Position numbers and translations under genes: made by a program | Notes under the pieces: model-generated | What the model was told of the DNA's origin: nothing | Database searches by the model: none | Seen by the model: only the letters and a program-made list of their open reading frames with translations | From: Bacillota bacterium | GTDB taxonomy: Bacteria > Bacillota > Sulfobacillia > Sulfobacillales > Sulfobacillaceae | DNA length: 64,000 nucleotides | Direction of reading: 5' to 3' | NCBI GenBank assembly: GCA_021797515.1 | Contig: JAJZZP010000046.1 | Location: 6,330 to 70,329, forward strand | Shown: positions 1 to 9,010 of the stretch, piece by piece | Layout of the letters: the number at the start of each line of letters is the position of its first letter | How positions within the stretch are numbered: the first letter of the stretch is position 1

Positions 1-1
1 T

Positions 2-514
2 CTATGGCAAGATGTCCATCTAAAAACCGGACCCAACGTGGTGTTTATCCTGGGAGGCAGCATCAACACCGTGGCCGAGCCGGTGGCTTTGCTGGAACGA
101 CGGGGTTGGCAGGTGTTTTTACATGTCGACATGTTAAAAGGCCTCACCACCGATGCAGATGGACTAAGATTCTTAGCCGATTATGTTGGACCCGCGGGAA
201 TTATTAGCACCCATGCCCATACCATTCAAACTGCGAAAAAAAATAACTTAATCGCCATACAACGCCTTTTCGTCGTGGACAGTCAATCCGTCGAAACAGG
301 CATTAACCAGGCACGCACTGCAAAGCCCGACGCCGTTGAGCTCATGCCGGGCCTCCTTCCTCAAGCCATACGACAAATAGCGCGTCAATTATCTTGCCCG
401 GTGATTGCCGGGGGATTAGTCACCGATGCAGAACATGTGCGCCAAGCGTTAGCAGCTGGAGCCTGTAGTGTTTCTTCCAGCAACGCCCGATTGTGGGAGT
501 GGAGCGCCAGTTAA
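2..514 (+). CDS. glpP: Glycerol-3-phosphate-responsive antiterminator GlpP; the 5' end lies outside the window
   Basis: The reading frame is open to the window edge. The translation (...FLHVDMLKGLTTDADGLRFLADYVGPAGIISTH...IAIQRLFVVDS...PVIAGGLV...SSSNARLWEW) aligns along its length with Bacillus GlpP. Confidence 0.85.
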   Translation, partial: LWQDVHLKTGPNVVFILGGSINTVAEPVALLERRGWQVFLHVDMLKGLTTDADGLRFLADYVGPAGIISTHAHTIQTAKKNNLIAIQRLFVVDSQSVETGINQARTAKPDAVELMPGLLPQAIRQIARQLSCPVIAGGLVTDAEHVRQALAAGACSVSSSNARLWEWSAS

Positions 515-529
515 CTCACCACCACCGGC

Positions 530-2107
530 CTATCGTGTAGGAGCAGCCTCTAAGATATGTCGGCTAGAGACATTCTCGCTCCACAACAGGTAGTCTATCG
601 CGTCCAAGAGCGCTTGCCACGATGCCACCAAAATGTTGCGAGACACCCCTACTGTTTGGATGACGCGGTCTCCATACTCAGACCGAATCCAAACCCTTAC
701 CGCTGCCGATGTGGCATCGCGCCCATCAAGCACGCGCACTTTATAATCTGTCAGACGCAAGTCGCGCAATATCGGATACACTTGAGTCAGAGCCTTGCGC
801 ATTGCCTCGTCTAGCGCGTGAACCGGCCCCGCGCCCTCTCCAACTTCAACAAACCGTGCATCACCAATAGAGATCCGTACCGTAGCTTCACAAATCGACA
901 AGGAATCATGGGTTACGGACACATGGAAGCGATCGACACCGTAATAGGACGGCACATGATCCAATGATTTCTCTACCATAAGCCGCATGGAGGACTCCGC
1001 ATCCTCAAACTGGTACCCTTCCGCCTCCAACTGTTTCACGTGTTCCACTAAAGCTTGAATTTGTTCCGCGTTCAACAATTCATCAAAATGGTATAGCAGA
1101 TTGGAACGGCCGGACAGTTCCGACACCAAAATTCGCCTAGTTTGTCCAACTGATGCAGGATTAACGTGTTCATAGGCCTCAGGATGTTTACGCACTGCGC
1201 CCGCATGGACCCCCGCCTTATGAGAAAACGCATTTTCCCCGACATAAGGGGCTCCATCGTCAGGAGCCAAGTTAGCTATCTCCGCCACAGTGCGCGAAAG
1301 CCGGGTCAAATCTGACAAGCGATCTGGCCTCCCCGCCTCAATCCCCATTTTCCACACCAAATTGGGCCAAATGGTACACAAGTTGGCGTTGCCGCACCGT
1401 TCGCCGTAGCCGTTAATCGTTCCTTGAACCATGGTGGCGCCCGCGTCCACCGCCTCCAAAGAATTGGCAACCGCCAACCCAGCGTCGTCATGCGCATGGA
1501 TTCCCAGCGGCAAACTGCTGACCCTGCGCGAGGATTCTACACCATGGCGAATCCAGCTTGGCAAACTGCCGCCATTGGTGTCACACAGCACCAACCACGA
1601 AGCCCCGCCGGCCTCGGCAGCCGACAACACCGCCAACGCATAGTCCGGTTCCGCTTTCAGCCCATCAAAAAAATGTTCGGCATCAAATATCACCATTACA
1701 CCATGGTCGACGAGGAATTTTACGGAGTCCTCCACCATACGTAAATTTTCCTCTCGATCCGTTTCGAGAATTTTTTCCACTTGAAATACCGAGGCTTTGC
1801 CAAACAGCGTGGCGACCGGCACTTCCAACTCCAAAATGGATCGTAAACTCGCATCATGTTCCACTGCGAGTCCCTTACGCCGAGTGCTACCGAACGCCGC
1901 TACCTGCGAAGTGGTCAACTTTCCCAGCGTTCTTTCAAAAAATGCGGTGTCTTTAGGATTGGAGGCTGGCCATCCGCCTTCGATGAAATCCATGCCATAA
2001 TCGTCCAGAAGTTCTGCAATCTGGACTTTGTCCTCCAGTGACAGACTAAGGCCACGACGCTGCGTACCATCGCGCAACGTCGTGTCGTACAGATAGACAC
2101 GGGCCAT
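530..2107 (-). CDS. cimA: (R)-citramalate synthase (LeuA/CimA family)
   Basis: The N-terminus reads MARVYLYDTTLRDGTQ...IEGGWPASNPKDTAFF, a CimA-type signature, and a LeuA-like C-terminal regulatory domain is present. The start was moved to the ATG at 2107, which has a GGAGG 7 nt upstream. Confidence 0.85.
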   Translation of the reverse strand: MARVYLYDTTLRDGTQRRGLSLSLEDKVQIAELLDDYGMDFIEGGWPASNPKDTAFFERTLGKLTTSQVAAFGSTRRKGLAVEHDASLRSILELEVPVATLFGKASVFQVEKILETDREENLRMVEDSVKFLVDHGVMVIFDAEHFFDGLKAEPDYALAVLSAAEAGGASWLVLCDTNGGSLPSWIRHGVESSRRVSSLPLGIHAHDDAGLAVANSLEAVDAGATMVQGTINGYGERCGNANLCTIWPNLVWKMGIEAGRPDRLSDLTRLSRTVAEIANLAPDDGAPYVGENAFSHKAGVHAGAVRKHPEAYEHVNPASVGQTRRILVSELSGRSNLLYHFDELLNAEQIQALVEHVKQLEAEGYQFEDAESSMRLMVEKSLDHVPSYYGVDRFHVSVTHDSLSICEATVRISIGDARFVEVGEGAGPVHALDEAMRKALTQVYPILRDLRLTDYKVRVLDGRDATSAAVRVWIRSEYGDRVIQTVGVSRNILVASWQALLDAIDYLLWSENVSSRHILEAAPTR

Positions 2108-2544
2108 TTCGGTACCTCCAATTCTCGCGGAACGGTGCGATAAGGAATTTTCGAATACTATAACACAGTACCGTATGAAATAGGGACCGAAAGCATGCCT
2201 CACGCCATAACATTTCACTGGGGATGTTTTAAGCCTAATCTAGAGCGTCTCTGACTCGACATGATATTATGACATGTAAATGGCCTAACACGCCTGGCAA
2301 TGCGACAAATTAAGATGGCCTCTTTGCCGTTTCGGAAAAATTAGTCAACCAATCAAATGTACTCTTTTCCAATATTTTTATGGGTGGTAACGTTTTGAGT
2401 AATATGGCTGAAACCTGGTTCTTAGACTTCATCCATGGAGTTTTGTTGGCAGGATTGCTACTAGGCATTTGGGAGTGGGCGGACCTAGTGGTCGCCGGAT
2501 GGCACCACCAACTGTCCCGGTGGATTATAGCCATAGGACCCCCC

Positions 2545-2569
2545 TGAGTGATCCCCAGTTTTTACCATA
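2545..2569. repeat. Solo 25-nt IS terminal-repeat-like sequence (tgagtgatccccagtttttaccata)
   Basis: It matches the reverse complement of 61168-61192 at 24 of 25 positions. That partner lies at the 3' flank of the IS1634-type pseudogene. Similarity stops abruptly beyond the 25 nt. Confidence 0.6.
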
Positions 2570-2978
2570 TTTGATGGTTTTGAAACTGCTGTCTCCGCGC
2601 TTTGGGCGTCTCGGATTCCGCCACGACCGTGGCGGCTGACGTTGTTCCGCGGCCGAGCGGAAAATCGTGGCCAAACGAGGGGGGCCGGAACTGGCGACAG
2701 AGAATATTCGCGTGCCCATTGCGTTGTCATCTCTGGGCACGCCGTGATCCGAGCAGGCTACCGCCTGCCGCCCGCTTTCTCTTGATGGGCGACGGGCCAT
2801 CCGCAATATCGTCAGGGTTTCATCGCGGATCAGGTCGGTGCTGGAGCGGTGCCCACCGACGGGATTTGGGTACGGAACTCTGTCTGTCGTCGGAGGATCC
2901 TTTTCCACCCCCTAATGAAACGTGACACGTGCGGCCTCCTTTTGATAGGGTAAGAACGGTCAAAATAAGGAGGGTGGC

Positions 2979-3365
2979 ATGAGCCAATCGTATACCGCAG
3001 AGTTTAAAGCCCAGGTGATTCATGAGGTCCAGGAGACGCAGAATGCAACCATCGTGGCCCGCCGCCATCCACTCAGTCCGAGTATGGTGCGACGGTGGAG
3101 CCGGGAAGTGCGACAAGAAACCGGGAAAAGTTCCGAGGGTTTATCGCTGGTGGAAGAAAATGCCCAACTAGTCTTCCGGATGACCCAGGGGCTGCATACG
3201 CTGCAACAAAGCGGCCAGAGGTTGGATGCGGAGGCTCTGGCGGCGTTGAGTCCCTATCGGACGGCCCATGTGAATCGGTTCGGCCGCTACGAGCTAGACC
3301 TCACACGACAGCCCCCGTCGGTCGAGTATGCCTTGTTGGCGGACCTGCCCACGGACCACTCTTAA
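2979..3365 (+). pseudogene. Chimeric transposase remnant: IS3-family OrfA HTH head fused to the C-terminal tail of a Tn3-family TnpA
   Basis: Residues 1-60 (MSQSYTAEFKAQVIHEV...IVARRHPLSPSMVRRWSRE...EENAQL) look like IS3/IS911 OrfA. The remainder (...LDAEALAALSPYRTAHVNRFGRYELDL) looks like the last ~70 aa of Tn3 TnpA (lsPl..HIn.lG.Y.f). The stop codon lies 15 nt before a Tn3-type end. Confidence 0.55.
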
Positions 3366-3379
3366 CTGGTAATAACTGG

Positions 3380-3416
3380 CTTATGGCGGAATATTTACGA
3401 ATCGTTGCCTTACCCC
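3380..3416 (-). repeat. Tn3-family terminal inverted repeat, copy 1
   Basis: The reverse complement is GGGGTAAGGCAACGATTCGTAAATATTCCGCCATAAG. It shows the outer GGGG and inner TAAG hallmarks and directly abuts the tnpA-like 3' end. Confidence 0.65.
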
Positions 3417-3452
3417 TATTACAAGTCACACATGTATTACAAGTCATACATC
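3417..3452 (+). repeat. 18-nt tandem direct repeat (tattacaagtcaYacatN, two units)
   Basis: The two units (3417-3434 and 3435-3452) match at 16 of 18 positions. They lie immediately outside the Tn3-type end. Confidence 0.6.
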
Positions 3453-3803
3453 ATGATCAATCAACCAGTTCAATCTCTTGTTGAAATGTTAATCGGTCAG
3501 TGACAAATTTGGCCTCTTCTAAGGGATGAGTCAAATACGGAAAAAACCCAATAAATGGCAAAAGATGTGGGTAATGATTAGAGCTTTAGCTATGGGGAGG
3601 ATGTCCACTGACTTGGCAGCCTATTTGGCCGTCGTCACGAATCCGATGCTAGCAATCCCTAGGGGATTAACGGGCCGGATCGTACATTATTCGCATAGTA
3701 AAGGAATGGCGTCGAGGAGTCGTCAAGACTTCCGGCATTGCCACCGGAGCCGAGCCGACAATCCATGGTAGAATAGTCAGTAAAAGACTATCAGGGGTTT
3801 TGT

Positions 3804-4080
3804 ATGAGTCGGTTCGTATATCGTGTTCATGCGCTTCAGCGCATGTTCGAGCGTGAAATCGAGCGCTCCGTGGCGAAGTCCGTGATTCAGTCGGGCACGA
3901 CTATCGAAAGTTACCCAGAAGACACGCCGTATCCCAGTCGCCTTGCTAGGGTGGGACCGGGACCGTCCCGTACATGTGGTGGTCGCGGATAATCTGCACG
4001 ATGAGGAGACCATTGTCATTACCGTCTATCAGCCGGATCCGATGCGATGGGATGCGAGTTTTTCAAGGAGGAACCCGTGA
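3804..4080 (+). pseudogene. DUF4258-family toxin carrying a single frameshift
   Basis: Frame 0 reads MSRFVYRVHALQRMFEREIERS...YPEDTPYPSR. Frame +1 from about 3943 reads LLGWDRDRPVHVVVADNLHDEETIVITVYQPDPMRWDASF..*. Joined together they give a complete 92-aa DUF4258-type protein. Confidence 0.7.
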
Positions 4081-4310
4081 CCTGCGTGATTTGTAAGAGT
4101 GGAACACCGGAAGCTGGGAAGACCACGGTCACCGTGGAGCGAGGCAAAACCCTCATCGTCTTTCGCCGGGTGCCGGCCCAGATTTGCCCCAACTGTGGGG
4201 AGAGTTATCTCGACGACGGCGTGGTCGATGAAGTGTACCATGCCGCTGATCAGGCGGCTAAAGCGGGCGTGGAAGTCGATGTGCGCGAATTTCACCATGT
4301 CTCTGCGTAG
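4077..4310 (+). CDS. YgiT/MqsA-type zinc-finger antitoxin
   Basis: The sequence VTCVICKSG...CPNCGESYLD contains two CxxC pairs. The GTG start overlaps the toxin stop (GTGA), and AGGAGG lies 5 nt upstream. Confidence 0.75.
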   Translation: MTCVICKSGTPEAGKTTVTVERGKTLIVFRRVPAQICPNCGESYLDDGVVDEVYHAADQAAKAGVEVDVREFHHVSA

Positions 4311-4722
4311 CTGCTAACATCAAGGTCTAGTGCGATTATGGAGGCGAGTGTGCCCCAAGGGATCCTAGTGCACGTGTCGAATTCTGAGAACGGCCCGATC
4401 CCTGTCACCTAAGTAACCCATCATGTATGATTTTCTATTGCCCTTGTCGCCCCATTTCCCACAACCTCTTCTTGAAGCTAATCCTTATTCCGGTTTTTGG
4501 TTCCAATGCTGCACCAATCCCCAAAGTCAACAGAGCGGCGATCTTATGGATTAGCAGATTATCCGCGGTCATCATTATAGGATTCGGGATTGTTGGTATC
4601 GTGAGCTCGGGTACCGTCGCTTAGGAACTCAAGCCGTGTTTCCCTTTACAGGGGATAAGGCCTCCTAGTCGGCAGGTGTTCCTCTATCCTAGATAGGCCA
4701 GTGATAAATTGGATTTATTTGT

Positions 4723-4760
4723 CTTATGGCCCGAAATTCAAGGAATCGTTGCCGTACCCC
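4723..4760 (-). repeat. Tn3-family terminal inverted repeat, copy 2, in the same orientation as copy 1
   Basis: The reverse complement is GGGGTACGGCAACGATTCCTTGAATTTCGGGCCATAAG. It aligns with copy 1 (3380-3416) with one gap and few mismatches. Confidence 0.6.
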
Positions 4761-5163
4761 GAGCTCGGCTGGTTAACCGATGCCGTCCGTGGATTATGGG
4801 CAGAATGGCCCGTAGCAGCCGTGCTCACCAATACTGACGGTATCATCCTTGAAGTGAACCCCTGCCTATGAACACTTGACTGGACGAAGCCGGAGCGACT
4901 TAGTCGGAGCGAAACCGGGAATCAACGGCGCGGGAACTACCCTGAGGCAAACCTATGAGGACCTATGGCAAACATTGCAACAGGGGCAAGTCTGGGAAGG
5001 AGAGTTGGAAAATAGACGTCCCGACGGAAGCTTTTGGTGGGCTCATGAACTAATTATTCCCATTCGCTTAGGGGAGCGCGTTGCAGGATATTGGGCCTTG
5101 ATTGCGGATCACTCGGAGTCGGCGACAAGGTACCTCACCGGTAATGCGACGAAAACCTCATAG
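4761..5163 (+). pseudogene. Stand-alone PAS-domain gene remnant, cut at its 5' end by the Tn3-type end and frameshifted
   Basis: The sequence ...VLTNTDGIILEVNP runs into a stop. A shift of one frame within a C-run near 4860 restores PAYEHLTGRSRSDLVGAKPG...WEGELENRRPDGSFWW, a typical PAS core. Confidence 0.5.
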
Positions 5164-5202
5164 ATTCCCCAATTCAGGTTTTGTAAGCATAGCGTTGGGC
5201 AT

Positions 5203-6447
5203 TCAGCCCAAATCTCGTGTTTGACCCATGCCCCAAGCCAAAGTTTTCGTCGTGGTCAAAGCATCTAAACCCATGGGTCCCCTTGCATGAAGTTTTTGCG
5301 TACTAATGCCGACTTCGGCACCTAAACCAAACTGAAATCCATCGGTAAACCGGGTAGACGCGTTCCAATAGACGACCGCAGCATCCACTCGGTCCATGAA
5401 CTGCCGACCGATGGAATATGAATCGGTAACTACCGCCTCAGAGTGAGAGGTACCGTATTGAGCAATGTGTTCACAAGCTTGATCCAATCCCGATACAACG
5501 CGCGCCGCAATATCCAAACTTAAATATTCGTTGGCCCAATCCTCTTCTGTAGCCTCCATTGCCTCCGGCAAAATCAAGCAAACAGCCTGATCCCCATGCC
5601 AAACGACGCCATATTCTGCCAAAAACTGCTTTGCCTTAGCAAGAAACGGCGCGGCAATCGCCTCATGAATCAGCACAGTTTCCAGGGCATTGCAAACGGC
5701 CGGGTTGCCAACCTTGCCGTCACGCAAAATACGTACCGCCATGTCGAGGTCGGCATCTTCGTGCACATAGAGGTGGCAGTTGCCAACTCCGGTTTCGATC
5801 ACAGGAACAGTCGCTTCCCGAACCACCGTCTGAATCAGGCCAGCACCGCCTCGGGGAATCAGGAGATCCAATCCCTCAAGATGCATCAGTCCCATGGCAT
5901 ATTGACGGTCGGGATTCTCAATCAACTGGACGGCATCCTCGGGCAAACCTACCCGAGTTAGGGCGTAGCGCCACAATGCGGCCAACATGCGATTGGTTTC
6001 CAGTGCCTCATGTCCGCCCCTTAAAATGAGTGCATTTCCGCTTTTGATGGTTAGTCCTGCAGCTTCTATCGTCACCCCAGGGCGACTTTCATAAATAAGG
6101 CCGATAACGCCAAGCGGAACCCGAATCGTCTCCAATCGCAACCCGTTATTTAATTGCCAACGGCCGGTGCCCTTGCCCAAGGGATCAGGCAAATCACGCA
6201 CCACACGAAGTCCATCAGCTAAGTTGGCAATCTTGTGCTCATCCAGCATCAACCGTTTGAGCAGAGGGCCTTTTAAGCCGGATGCCGCCGCTTTTTCCAC
6301 TTCATCACGGTTGATCTTTAAAATTTCCTCGGAGCGATGCTGCAACAAATGCTCCATTTCCGACAACGCCCGATTGCGTTGATCACCAGAGGCCATTGCC
6401 AGGATTTTTTGCGCAGCGCGACCGCGCTGCAGCATTTGATTAAGCAC
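5203..6447 (-). CDS. proA: Gamma-glutamyl phosphate reductase
   Basis: The 414-aa product is ProA-like over its full length and has an aldehyde-dehydrogenase fold. The GTG start has AAGGGGA upstream and overlaps the proB stop by 8 nt. Confidence 0.9.
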   Translation of the reverse strand: MLNQMLQRGRAAQKILAMASGDQRNRALSEMEHLLQHRSEEILKINRDEVEKAAASGLKGPLLKRLMLDEHKIANLADGLRVVRDLPDPLGKGTGRWQLNNGLRLETIRVPLGVIGLIYESRPGVTIEAAGLTIKSGNALILRGGHEALETNRMLAALWRYALTRVGLPEDAVQLIENPDRQYAMGLMHLEGLDLLIPRGGAGLIQTVVREATVPVIETGVGNCHLYVHEDADLDMAVRILRDGKVGNPAVCNALETVLIHEAIAAPFLAKAKQFLAEYGVVWHGDQAVCLILPEAMEATEEDWANEYLSLDIAARVVSGLDQACEHIAQYGTSHSEAVVTDSYSIGRQFMDRVDAAVVYWNASTRFTDGFQFGLGAEVGISTQKLHARGPMGLDALTTTKTLAWGMGQTRDLG

Positions 6448-7219
6448 GAATCATTCCCCTTTTCGCTAAGAATCGCGTACCACCTTGCCAAGATTTAATC
6501 CCTTCAATCTTGTCCAGCACATCGGGTTCTTGACTTGCCGCTAGAACCATGCCGATGCCCGCTTCCTGGGCAATCCGGGCAGCCTCCAATTTGGTAGCCA
6601 TTCCTCCAGTGCCTAGCCCGCCACGCTCTTCGGAACTAAATCGCTGCATGTCGTCAGCAGTTACCCAAGGCACAGCTTCAATTCGGTGCGCCCCGGGGTT
6701 TTTCTTAGGATTTTCCGTATAGAGACCGTCGATATCAGACAAAATCACTAATCGGTGGGCCTCCATTAATACTGCCACTCGAGCTGCCAATGTATCGTTG
6801 TCCCCAATGCGAATTTCTGCATCTGTGACCGTGTCATTTTCATTAATCACGGGAATCGCACCCCAACTTAGTACCCGCTCCAGTGTGCTGCGGGAGGCCT
6901 GTCGGCGGTCTTGGTCCTCCAAGTCTTGGCGGGTAAGCAGCACCTGCCCCACTATTATAGGATGGAGAGCACGTTGATAGGCTTCCATCAGGCGGGCTTG
7001 CCCAATGGCCGCCAACGCCTGCTTATCAGTCACATCTTGGGGAGTTTTGCCTACTGCCCCCACTCCGGCCCCCACAGCTCCCGAGGTTACCACTAATATT
7101 TCATGTTCTCGGGACACCAAGATCCGAAGTTGCGAGACAAATCGGTCGATTTTTTCCTGACTTAACCGAGCGTCGATGTCACATACGCTCGAGGTTCCAA
7201 TTTTGATAACCCAACGCAT
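6440..7219 (-). CDS. proB: Glutamate 5-kinase (short form without a PUA domain)
   Basis: The sequence MRWVIKIGTSS...VVTSGAVGAG... indicates an amino-acid kinase fold. GAGGGGGA lies upstream of the ATG. Confidence 0.9.
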   Translation of the reverse strand: MRWVIKIGTSSVCDIDARLSQEKIDRFVSQLRILVSREHEILVVTSGAVGAGVGAVGKTPQDVTDKQALAAIGQARLMEAYQRALHPIIVGQVLLTRQDLEDQDRRQASRSTLERVLSWGAIPVINENDTVTDAEIRIGDNDTLAARVAVLMEAHRLVILSDIDGLYTENPKKNPGAHRIEAVPWVTADDMQRFSSEERGGLGTGGMATKLEAARIAQEAGIGMVLAASQEPDVLDKIEGIKSWQGGTRFLAKRGMIRA

Positions 7220-7250
7220 TAGGATCCCCCTCAGAAAAGCGATTCATCAC

Positions 7251-7462
7251 AAAAAAGTCGTCCTCAATTGAGGACGACTGACCGCGGTACCACCTCAGTT
7301 GCTGAAATCCAGCCACTTAATCCTCAATATCGGGAGGTCCCGGTCGGTTTTTCACCAACTGCTCCAAAGCGGGTCAACGAATAGCATGGCTGGGCTTTCA
7401 CCAAATCCCGGCTCGCTGCGGCAATGCTGAATTTCGTTGCTTCTCTTTCATCGCGTATTGCG
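7251..7462 (-). promoter_or_regulatory. T-box riboswitch leader of proBA, with candidate specifier CCC (Pro)
   Basis: On the minus strand: a stem I AGAGAAG motif and AGCGAGCCGGG..GGTGAAAGCC distal elements. The helix CAACGAA/TTCGTTG is followed by A-CCC-G (CCC corresponds to plus-strand 7371-7373). The T-box sequence is AACTGAGGTGGTACCGCGG. The terminator is GTCGTCCTCaattGAGGACGAC followed by TTTTTT (7251-7280). Confidence 0.8.
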
Positions 7463-7479
7463 TTATCTAATTAAAATAC

Positions 7480-7509
7480 AATCTACCTGACCAGTCACGG
7501 TTTTGTCAA
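7480..7509 (-). promoter_or_regulatory. Putative sigma-A promoter of the proBA T-box leader
   Basis: The minus strand reads TTGACA-18 nt-TAGATT, about 20 nt upstream of stem I. Confidence 0.45.
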
Positions 7510-7923
7510 TGGTCATACGCCTCGATAGCTATGAAACACGAAAATTGAAACCTTGACACTATAGGGGACCCAGATGCCCAGGCAAAAAATTTATCGCAAA
7601 AGGGACTGAATATTCACGAGGCAGTGTATCATCATGAATTCATCAAGATCTCAACGATACGCGGCGGGTTCCCACGTCTGGCGAACCAAAGAGGGCAAGC
7701 CCGAAAGACTCTGCCCTCACACGTACCCCAATGCCCAAAGTGACTATGCCTCCAGTGCCGAGAAACCGGAGGTCAAGTGCGATACGCTGTACACAAGGTT
7801 CCCTGGGTGAATCAAACGCTTCGCACAGTTACCCGATCTGTGCCAGTTCGGAGATTCCGCACAAGCTGACCGGGGTACTCGTGTATACCGTAATGCTGTT
7901 GTTGTGACAGTGCGCCTCCCGGC

Positions 7924-8391
7924 TTGCTGGCAATCGTGATCTCACTCAGCCCCCCGTGTGGGAACCGCTGCAGGCCGCATTTCCCTAACTCGACACGATT
8001 TCGTATATGGATACGGTCGCTCGCGTGCTCAAGCGGTTGCCGTCAGAGTACCTATTGTATTGTCAAACGGTTGCTCCGCGCAACCGTCGGCTTTCCGGTG
8101 AGATGGCTCCAAGGCACTCCCTGGTGGCAGTGGATGGCACGCTCCAGTTAAGTGCAGCCTACTTGTGGGCCCAATTTGAGTTTCCTTACAGGCTTTGGCG
8201 TGCGTCAATCAAGCGGAAATTTTCTTGTAGATAGAGGGACAGCGCGTGCTGACGCACGCCAGTTTTACCTCGACGGATGACCTCGCAACCCGAACTCTGG
8301 ACGATATTGAGCGCTGGGGTACCGCCGACAACCATCCCTTTAACTGGATTTCTGGGCTATCCGATGCGCGATCACAAGGCGGTTTAAGCTG
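7924..8391 (+). pseudogene. Degenerate IS630-family (DDE_3) transposase relic
   Basis: Fragments are spread over several frames: ..LVAVDGT.., ..NQAEIF.. (compare WLNQVEIWF), and the C-terminal ..VLTHASFTSTDDLATRTLDDIERWGTADNHPFNW... No intact ORF remains. Confidence 0.45.
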
Positions 8392-8587
8392 AGTCCTATC
8401 ATCTTAGCAGCCTATGGCGCCGCAATCCGCGGCCGCAAGCGGCGCCGGTTGCGACATTCGGATTTGCGGAAACGGGGCCAGTGTTGCCAGGCCGGTAAAC
8501 AGCGGCCTCCTTCTAGCGAGGACCGTGGGGTAGAACACCCAGGAACGAATTTGCAGAAATGAGTACTCGACCGCCTAACATACCATC

Positions 8588-8995
8588 CTAATCTGCTCTT
8601 TGCCCATTTTGATGCGACATTTCCCAGTCAATCTGTTGACGCAATAGATTCCTAATTTTCCTCCTCAATTCATCTCTTTGAGAATTGCCGCAAGACTCCC
8701 GAATTGCAGTAGATAACCACATGTTATAATGTTCAAGTCGATCTTGTGGGCTTTCTTTAGGATCAAAAGTGGGCCTAGGAGGAGTTAACCCCACTTCGAA
8801 GGATAAAGATTGCAGTTGTGCTTCAATGAGGGCAACCTTCTCTTGAGACACCCTATCTAACGCTTTATGTTCAACGGGGATGCTACGCAACACAGCCACC
8901 ATTGCTCGAGCCTGTTCTTGTTCGTAACTTTCCGGCAATGCCGGAATAACTGTGTTTTTTAGAACCTCTACCAGCACATCGACCACATAAGCCAT
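8588..8995 (-). CDS. Hypothetical 135-aa protein in the position LvaB holds after the kinase gene
   Basis: AGGAGG lies 8 nt upstream of the ATG, and the gene starts 15 nt after the kinase stop. No motif was recognised. It is the last gene of the unit. Confidence 0.6.
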   Translation of the reverse strand: MAYVVDVLVEVLKNTVIPALPESYEQEQARAMVAVLRSIPVEHKALDRVSQEKVALIEAQLQSLSFEVGLTPPRPTFDPKESPQDRLEHYNMWLSTAIRESCGNSQRDELRRKIRNLLRQQIDWEMSHQNGQRAD

Positions 8996-9010
8996 CTAGT
9001 TGCCTCCTAT

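Noticed and set aside
2108-2330. A T-box or other leader upstream of cimA.
   Set aside because: The minus-strand 5' region contains no GGTGGTACCGCG-type T-box sequence and no convincing terminator/antiterminator pair. Only weak promoter-like hexamers are present.
2570-2925. A GC-rich stretch with overlapping ORFs on both strands (2602-2925 plus; 2525-2908 and 2485-2730 minus), lying just inside the solo IS end.
   Set aside because: None of the translations shows a recognisable transposase or other family motif, and the composition is Arg/Pro-rich. It is probably eroded IS interior or junk, and cannot be called as a gene.
4427-4624. A 65-aa hydrophobic ORF that could be the C-terminal remnant of a LysE/RhtB-type exporter.
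   Set aside because: The only support is a vague resemblance (..LSAVIIIGFGIVGI..). There is no RBS, and it lies within the mobile-element scar. The evidence is insufficient.
8577-8588. Extra copies of AACATACCATC at 8577-8588 (just after the last gene of the cluster) and at 21195-21205, considered as further operator sites.
   Set aside because: Both are half-sites with no inverted partner. The 21195 copy lies inside (pseudo)coding sequence. Neither has an associated -35 element.
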